Made by a program: the position numbers and the translations under genes
Assembly: GCA_033762115.1 (NCBI GenBank)
Contig: JANRLX010000134.1
Span: forward strand, 32,001-96,000
From: Verrucomicrobiota bacterium
Lineage (GTDB): Bacteria; Verrucomicrobiota; Verrucomicrobiia; Limisphaerales; SXQI01
Reading direction: 5' to 3'
Length of the DNA: 64,000 nt
Shown here: one piece after another, positions 58,291 through 64,000 of the stretch
Layout of the letters: each line of letters begins with the position of its first letter
Numbering within the stretch: position 1 is the first letter of the stretch
Notes under the pieces: model-generated
What the model was told of the DNA's origin: nothing
What the model saw: the letters and a program-made list of their open reading frames with translations, nothing else
The model's database searches: none

Positions 58291-60030
58291 TTAGATACTG
58301 ATCTCGAAGTGAGTGACCTTACGTAAGGCCAGTTTAAAAGGAATCCAGCCAACCAGGAAAGACACGAATGCAAAGCCGGACCACCCCAGTAGCAGCAGGT
58401 GTAAAGGTTGCGTTCCGGACCGTGCCCAGGGAGCGCCCATGGCCAAAAAAACGATGGATATTACGATATAAAGAAAACTCATCACCAGGCAAAAGGTCCC
58501 TCCAAACCCGCTGACAATTTTACTGGGATTGTCCTCCCGGAAATTCGGATAAAGCACACCCAGGCCAATCGCAAGCCCATTAAGCACGAAAGTCATGACC
58601 GCCACTCCGAACGTAAAATAAAGTGTGCGGTCTAGTGGAAGCCGAAGCATGTGGCAGGAGGTATAGACCAGGCCTAATGTAAGAATGAGCGAGGCTGTGG
58701 TTGCCAGCCCGAATTTCACCTTCAGCATCCTTTTCAATCCCATTGGGGCCAATCCGACAATCCAGACCCGTTTACCTTCAAGGGAGAATTGCGCAAATAT
58801 GAAACGAGTTGTGAGAGTGGCGAGATTTAAACTGCATGCACCCAGATTGAGATACGCCACCAGGTTAACCCAGAAGGGATTTGTCAACTGTTGCGAAAAA
58901 TGTCTCAGGTTGAGGATATAGGCCGCCAGTAACCCAAAAAGAACAATGGATTGCCCCCATTGAGTTGTGTCGCGCCAGAAAACCCGGATGTCCTTGGTCA
59001 GAATAGCAACATCATCAGACTTAAGAAATCGTAACGAACGAAGGAATGTCTCAACAAACCCGGGAGGATAGGCAAATTTTTGCCGGCGTGACTGGAGTTT
59101 TTGGAACCATCCCCAATGGCTGAAAACGTTGCTGCGACTGTTCACATTGGAGACCGCCTCGTAAAAAAACGATCCGCTAAAAAGAGTTCCCAGGGTGGTG
59201 AAGAAGAGCGCATGACTCAAAAGCACGAGCGCATAAAAACCTGCTGTTGAGATGGCGCTTTCAGCCCAGTTCAAAATGCTGGAAGTAAGCCAGTAGCTGG
59301 GCAACAAGGGAAAAAGAGTGAAACGCGTTTTTGCCAGCATTCGATCCAGCACAGCCAGGACACGAGTTTCAATCACATCATCTGTGATCGGTTCCGGCTT
59401 CATGAAAAAAGTCACGGTAATCAACCCGATTGAGGCGATCAGCAACAAGCCGATCTGGAACCCGCGCCGATCCATGAAACGGGCCAGGAACATCGAAGCC
59501 CATGCTCCCATGACTCCTGGTAAAATCACAAAAATTCCGATCATTACCGTGGTCAGCGCATAAAAATGCCATGGCACCCCGCGGGTCAATCCATAGGCTG
59601 CAACCAGAGGCGCGATCAGAAAAATAAAAGCCCAGGAAGCGAGTAAAAGTGATTCGACGAATTTCCACCTGAAAATCGTTTCATGCGGGATCGGCAATGT
59701 TAACAGGAAGGAGGTTTCCTTGTTTCGAAAAAGATTGGTGTAGCTGATCACCAGATTACTGAACAGGAGCAGGATAAAAAGAAACCCAAACAGGAGATAA
59801 AGCAGTCGTTCGGTGAGCAATGTGCCCAATCCCGGAAAGCGTTCAATGAAAGTCAATCCGCGATAAAACAGCCAAAAAGAGAATGCGACATAACCGCTTG
59901 TAAAACCGAGGATCAGCAAGGTCAACAGCCGCGATTTCGCGAGAGTATCGAGAAATCTTCGGCCTGCCTGGATGGTATTAATACGGAGGAGCAGCCAAAC
60001 GGGGGTAAACGTTTGCGTGTGTTTGCTCAT
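58291..60030 (-). CDS. Putative ABC transporter permease
   Basis: About 14 TM helices; FLLTLPI, KDIRVFWRD, FSLEGK; ATGA overlap with the ATPase. Confidence 0.85.
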   Translation of the reverse strand: MSKHTQTFTPVWLLLRINTIQAGRRFLDTLAKSRLLTLLILGFTSGYVAFSFWLFYRGLTFIERFPGLGTLLTERLLYLLFGFLFILLLFSNLVISYTNLFRNKETSFLLTLPIPHETIFRWKFVESLLLASWAFIFLIAPLVAAYGLTRGVPWHFYALTTVMIGIFVILPGVMGAWASMFLARFMDRRGFQIGLLLIASIGLITVTFFMKPEPITDDVIETRVLAVLDRMLAKTRFTLFPLLPSYWLTSSILNWAESAISTAGFYALVLLSHALFFTTLGTLFSGSFFYEAVSNVNSRSNVFSHWGWFQKLQSRRQKFAYPPGFVETFLRSLRFLKSDDVAILTKDIRVFWRDTTQWGQSIVLFGLLAAYILNLRHFSQQLTNPFWVNLVAYLNLGACSLNLATLTTRFIFAQFSLEGKRVWIVGLAPMGLKRMLKVKFGLATTASLILTLGLVYTSCHMLRLPLDRTLYFTFGVAVMTFVLNGLAIGLGVLYPNFREDNPSKIVSGFGGTFCLVMSFLYIVISIVFLAMGAPWARSGTQPLHLLLLGWSGFAFVSFLVGWIPFKLALRKVTHFEISI

Positions 60031-60785
60031 TGAATTTTGGAGGAGATCTCTTCCGTGAGATTTGCCTCCTGGGCGGTCAGGGTCAAAAATGTTTCTTCAA
60101 GCGCTCCCTGAACACCGCTTTTTTGGCGTAACTCCTCGCGGGTGCCTACCGCAATCAATTTTCCCTGGTGAATAATCCCGATCCGGTCTGCCATCTCCTC
60201 AGCGACACTCAATTGATGAGTGGAAACGAAAATGGTCATTCCGGCGCGTGATCTCTCCTTGAGAATATCTTTTAGAATTCTCGCGTGGTGTGGGTCCAGT
60301 CCAACCATTGGTTCATCCAGAACGAATACAGCCGGGTCGTGGAGCAAAGCCGAAACAATCGCGACTCGCTGCTTTGTCCCGTGGGAGAGACCTTCAATCG
60401 TTTTTGTGAGGTACGGTTCCAGATTGAAACGAGCAATCAATTCTTCTCCGGTTTTACGAATGTGCTCTTCGCTCATCTGGAAGAGTTGACCTGTGAATCG
60501 AAGGAATTCCCAAGGGGTCAGTTTATCGTATAAAAATGGAAAATCCGGGACGTAGGCCAGTCGTTTTCTTGCTTCCAGGGGATGAGTTTGCACATCATAA
60601 CCTGCCACTTTGGCGGAGCCTGAAGTCGGTTTGATCAGACCTACAAGAATTTTGATGGTGGTCGTTTTCCCCGCGGCATTCGGTCCGAGCACAGCAAAAA
60701 ATTCCCCCTTTTCCACTCGCAGGGATAAGTCATTGACCGCGGTTAAGGTCCCGAATCGTTTGACAAGATGATCCAGTTCAATCAT
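60027..60785 (-). CDS. ABC transporter ATP-binding protein
   Basis: Walker A GPNAAGKTT, signature LSHG, Walker B VLDEP, H-loop STH. Confidence 0.96.
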   Translation of the reverse strand: MIELDHLVKRFGTLTAVNDLSLRVEKGEFFAVLGPNAAGKTTTIKILVGLIKPTSGSAKVAGYDVQTHPLEARKRLAYVPDFPFLYDKLTPWEFLRFTGQLFQMSEEHIRKTGEELIARFNLEPYLTKTIEGLSHGTKQRVAIVSALLHDPAVFVLDEPMVGLDPHHARILKDILKERSRAGMTIFVSTHQLSVAEEMADRIGIIHQGKLIAVGTREELRQKSGVQGALEETFLTLTAQEANLTEEISSKIQ

Positions 60786-60796
60786 GAGAGGGAATG

Positions 60797-61597
60797 CTAC
60801 AGGTTCAACAAGGCATCATTGAGTAGAACGATCTGGCCCGGCATTTCCAGCCGAAGGATTTCTCCGACGCGGCTTACCACAATGGCAACTTCAAAATTTT
60901 CCAAAAGGCGTCCCCGCAATTTGTAAATTCGAATCCGTGAATGACCGATCCGTAGCCAATCATGCCGCGCTTCCCATGTGATCCCCATCGAGAGAGATTG
61001 AGTGGAGCTGTTTAGCGAGGGGAGTAATGGCGCAAACGGAACACCCCAATCTGCCAGAAGCTTTTGCGGATTCTGAAAGTCAGCAAATGCGTGACTTTGC
61101 TCCCATGTGGAGGATTCATCCTTGATTGTCATGTGGAGGACCCGCTCATCTGCATGACTACGGATTTCCCAGAACATCGGACGCATGCCACTGCGCAAAA
61201 TAAAGTGCTGCCATGCATTGTTTGTGTCGAAAGTGGCTTTTAATTCAAATCGAATACGGTTTCCGAGTTCTGCGATGACAAAGCTTCCTTCGAGGTTCAC
61301 AGTATAACCGGCCAATCTGGTCACCATTCCCTCGGGCGAGGGCTGATCGCTCCAGGTTTTGCCTGCTGCTGCTTCCTCCCCGACATTCGGCGCCCAGCGA
61401 ACATAGCCGACTTTCTTTCCATTATAGGAAAGCTCCAGAGTTGAATCGTCAGGAGCCGTCAGGATTTTTTGCCAAACAACCTCAGGTGGAATGCTGTTAC
61501 CAATTCGCGCCGCAGAACCGAACTCGGAACGGTACAGGAGAACGCTCATCGTCAGCCAAAAACTGAAAGTAACCATGAGCAGGAGATAACGCGGCAT
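60797..61597 (-). CDS. Membrane-anchored/exported beta-rich hypothetical protein
   Basis: N-terminal hydrophobic helix, YNGKKVGY, GEILR; tightly packed in the operon. Confidence 0.75.
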   Translation of the reverse strand: MPRYLLLMVTFSFWLTMSVLLYRSEFGSAARIGNSIPPEVVWQKILTAPDDSTLELSYNGKKVGYVRWAPNVGEEAAAGKTWSDQPSPEGMVTRLAGYTVNLEGSFVIAELGNRIRFELKATFDTNNAWQHFILRSGMRPMFWEIRSHADERVLHMTIKDESSTWEQSHAFADFQNPQKLLADWGVPFAPLLPSLNSSTQSLSMGITWEARHDWLRIGHSRIRIYKLRGRLLENFEVAIVVSRVGEILRLEMPGQIVLLNDALLNL

Positions 61598-61599
61598 AG

Positions 61600-62484
61600 T
61601 TAACGGGCCATTGGAATCATGATCGATTGCCCAACCCTGAGTCGTTTCGGATTGAGGCTGGGATTGGCAGCAAGAATGGCAGATTGTGAAATTCCATACT
61701 TCCGGGCAATCGCAGCTACGGTCTCTCCACTTTTTACAACATGGACTGCCTGACGGGAGGACACTGAGGATTGTGTCCGCACGGATGGAGCAGATTTTGC
61801 CGTTTTTGATTGGGCACCCTGGTTTGTTACAACAGTTCGTGAACCCGTCACGTTCCGGCTTGCTGTCGAAGAAACGGGAGGCACATCCGTCGCAGTGGTT
61901 CTGTGCCGCGCAGAAATGTCCCGCGCTGACTCATCCACGCGAGGTTCGATCGTCGAGCTTTGGGGTGAAACGAAATTTGTGATGTAGTTCGTGATGACTG
62001 TGGGCTGCTGCGCGAGTTGTAGTTTGAGCTGCTCGATGTACTGCCGAAGCTGATTATTCTCATTGGTTGCCCGTGCAATCTCGGCCTGGACATTCATGGT
62101 CAACACACCGAAACCTACCGCCTTTGCGATTTCAAGCTTGCACCCTGTGATCCGCTGTCGCACCACATCGGCCATTGGCCCGTTTGGGAGCAGTGCCAGG
62201 TACTTTTCATAGTGATAAATTGCGGCTGTGAAGTCCTTGATGCGATTTTCGTAAATCGCCCCCAGTTCGAAATGCGCGGCGGCAGATTTAGGATTGGATT
62301 GAAGCGCTTTTTCAAACGATTCCGCAGCGCCTTGGTAATCCAGGGCCTGTAATCGCTCCTTGCCATCCAGAAAATTGGGATCCTTCTGTTCATCAAGTGA
62401 GGAGTTGGACAATGGGTCGCATCCCATCATCAGGGTCAGCAGGAGCATGATAATCAGTTGCCAGGCCACTGGCATTTTCGTCAT
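61600..62484 (-). CDS. TPR-LysM lipoprotein
   Basis: Lipobox-like MMGC, TPRs (AAESFEKAL, AHFELG, YEKYL), coiled coil, S/T linker, LysM HVVKSGETVAAIARKYG..ANP; ATG 62484. Confidence 0.9.
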   Translation of the reverse strand: MTKMPVAWQLIIMLLLTLMMGCDPLSNSSLDEQKDPNFLDGKERLQALDYQGAAESFEKALQSNPKSAAAHFELGAIYENRIKDFTAAIYHYEKYLALLPNGPMADVVRQRITGCKLEIAKAVGFGVLTMNVQAEIARATNENNQLRQYIEQLKLQLAQQPTVITNYITNFVSPQSSTIEPRVDESARDISARHRTTATDVPPVSSTASRNVTGSRTVVTNQGAQSKTAKSAPSVRTQSSVSSRQAVHVVKSGETVAAIARKYGISQSAILAANPSLNPKRLRVGQSIMIPMAR

Positions 62485-62525
62485 GCGAGACAAAGTAAAG
62501 GAGCGCTGATGGGAGCGCAATTTGC

Positions 62526-64000
62526 TTATTGATTTAATGAAGCTGCCCGGGGTGGCGGGGCATTGGTGGAAATTGCTCCTCCTTCAACTGGAGTTGCAGG
62601 CAAACCGTAATTGGCAGGCAGGTTCAAGGCCGTGCGAAGCTGGGCGGCAATTACCGGATCAAGACCGGAATCAGGAGCCAGAAGACGTTTCAAAACAACC
62701 TCACGGGTTTCTGATAAGGGGGGGAGGCCGACCCGTTTTTCGCTGATTTTTCCGATGGTGACCATATAGCGCTCCCGAATTTTCGCAGCGAGGCGTTGAT
62801 AACCCTGGGCCAGTTCGTCCTCGCCGAATGCTGCATTCATGAATGATTGCTCCAGCAAACCTTCCAACACACTTCGCATCCGGTTCGGGTCCGTGTCGCC
62901 TACTTCTTCCGAAACCCTGGAAATGGCATAATCTTCCATCGAAAGGCCAGTATCCACGGCTTGCGGGTAAAGCTTTTTCAAATAGGCAAACCATTGTTCG
63001 GCAGCCTGGGTGCGACCGTGGACATATAAAAAATAAACACTGGTGCCGAGAAAGTTTTTGTGGGCGTTCTTTACATTGTACTCCTTCTCAGGCTCAAGAC
63101 TCATCATCTCCTCATAACTTTCGCTGGCCTGGCGTATGATTTCCAGGTTCGGACCGTAAATGAATTCCAAACTGTTTTTTCGGGGATAGATCATTTTCCC
63201 GCGATGAAAAGCAAGTTGGAGGGATTGGAACACCACGCGTCGGAGGGTGATGAAATCTTCTTTCTTTAATTTTTGGTCTTTGGTTTTTTCCAGCCCCAGT
63301 GTGGCCCAGTAAATCGCGCTTGTTTCAGGGAGACGCCATTCCAGTGGACCGTACTTTTCATCCACCAGCTTCATAAAGGTGGGGTCCATCTTGAATCTTT
63401 CCTTCAGGAGACGAACTCTTTCCTTTGTCTCGGGTGTTTGAGGATTGATCAGTTCCTCCCAATTGGGCCTTCCGGAGGCAAGCACCCTGCTCATCTCGGA
63501 AGCCCAATACTGTTTGTAATATTCATGAGCATCATCCATGTAATGCCCCATTTTGTGTTGGAAGATCCAACCCAGTTCCCGATAAATGAGCGGTTCCTTT
63601 GGATTGAACCGAAGGCCATCATCCCTGAGTAATTCAATTCCCCTGGATACCCATTGCCACCGATCCTGCGGCTCAGTGAACTTGATCGAAATGTTATAAG
63701 CCATGTTCCAGGCCTGATGCACCCAGACGGTCACGAAATGAGGCTGTAGTTTGGTGATCCAGTCCGCCAGTTGGACCATTTCAAAATATTTACCTTCCTC
63801 CTGGAGATCGTTCGCCCGAATCCAGAGCGCGTTTGCAATCAGCCCGCGAAAACCACCGAGCGCAACGGTCGTAAAGGCAAGAATCGGGGGGGCATTTTCC
63901 AGCGGGTCAATGCGGGTCAGTCCCATTTCTGTTCGTTGCCTGTTAAGATTCCGTTGAGAAAACGAAACCCCCACCAGCAAGCCGATCATCAGCATCAGCA
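62526..64000 (-). CDS. Hypothetical membrane-anchored helical (TPR-like) protein, 5' end outside window
   Basis: Frame is open to the window edge; LGGFRGLIANALW, ITKLQPHF..VW..QAWNMAYNIS, GLRFNP, ELGW. Confidence 0.8.
   Translation of the reverse strand, partial: LMLMIGLLVGVSFSQRNLNRQRTEMGLTRIDPLENAPPILAFTTVALGGFRGLIANALWIRANDLQEEGKYFEMVQLADWITKLQPHFVTVWVHQAWNMAYNISIKFTEPQDRWQWVSRGIELLRDDGLRFNPKEPLIYRELGWIFQHKMGHYMDDAHEYYKQYWASEMSRVLASGRPNWEELINPQTPETKERVRLLKERFKMDPTFMKLVDEKYGPLEWRLPETSAIYWATLGLEKTKDQKLKKEDFITLRRVVFQSLQLAFHRGKMIYPRKNSLEFIYGPNLEIIRQASESYEEMMSLEPEKEYNVKNAHKNFLGTSVYFLYVHGRTQAAEQWFAYLKKLYPQAVDTGLSMEDYAISRVSEEVGDTDPNRMRSVLEGLLEQSFMNAAFGEDELAQGYQRLAAKIRERYMVTIGKISEKRVGLPPLSETREVVLKRLLAPDSGLDPVIAAQLRTALNLPANYGLPATPVEGGAISTNAPPPRAASLNQ

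Noticed and set aside
1..64000. CRISPR arrays, IS elements, reverse transcriptase/DGR, phage or defence genes
   Set aside because: No regularly spaced repeats and no transposase, integrase, RT or defence-nuclease motifs recognised by eye; short or degenerate repeats could have been missed.

Overview
A 64 kb gene-dense bacterial window. Gene content and style (lpxC-fabZ fusion, prepilin/H-X9-DG protein, DUF1080, YdjY, large secreted subtilases) suggest Verrucomicrobiota, probably Pedosphaerales/Limisphaerales-like; this is inference. Housekeeping content: partial apbE, tRNA-Arg(CCG), the mreB-mreC-mreD-mrdA-rodA-rne/rng operon, polX-PHP, lpxC/fabZ-lpxA, rpsA, rph, ldhA, a PPi-type PEP carboxykinase, purH and hisB. 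Accessory content: a fiu-piuC-piuB-tonB-exbB-exbD iron-uptake cluster with an extra coiled-coil gene, an arsM-arsS pair, four S8 proteases and one M12 protease, an ECF/anti-sigma module and an ABC/LysM envelope module. No integrase, transposase or CRISPR array was seen. The strongest unexplained signals are (1) a shared ~65-aa C-terminal domain on four secreted proteases from two unrelated families, a candidate sorting signal; (2) a directional excess of the Thr-Asn dipeptide in exported proteins, a candidate modification sequon; (3) a 39-bp element duplicated upstream of fiu and tonB (28/39 identical, ungapped) that is not a Fur box; and (4) an operon encoding an STN-like/subtilase fusion, a YdjY-like protein and an exported prenyltransferase-fold protein. 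All family calls come from motif recognition by eye, and counts are hand counts.
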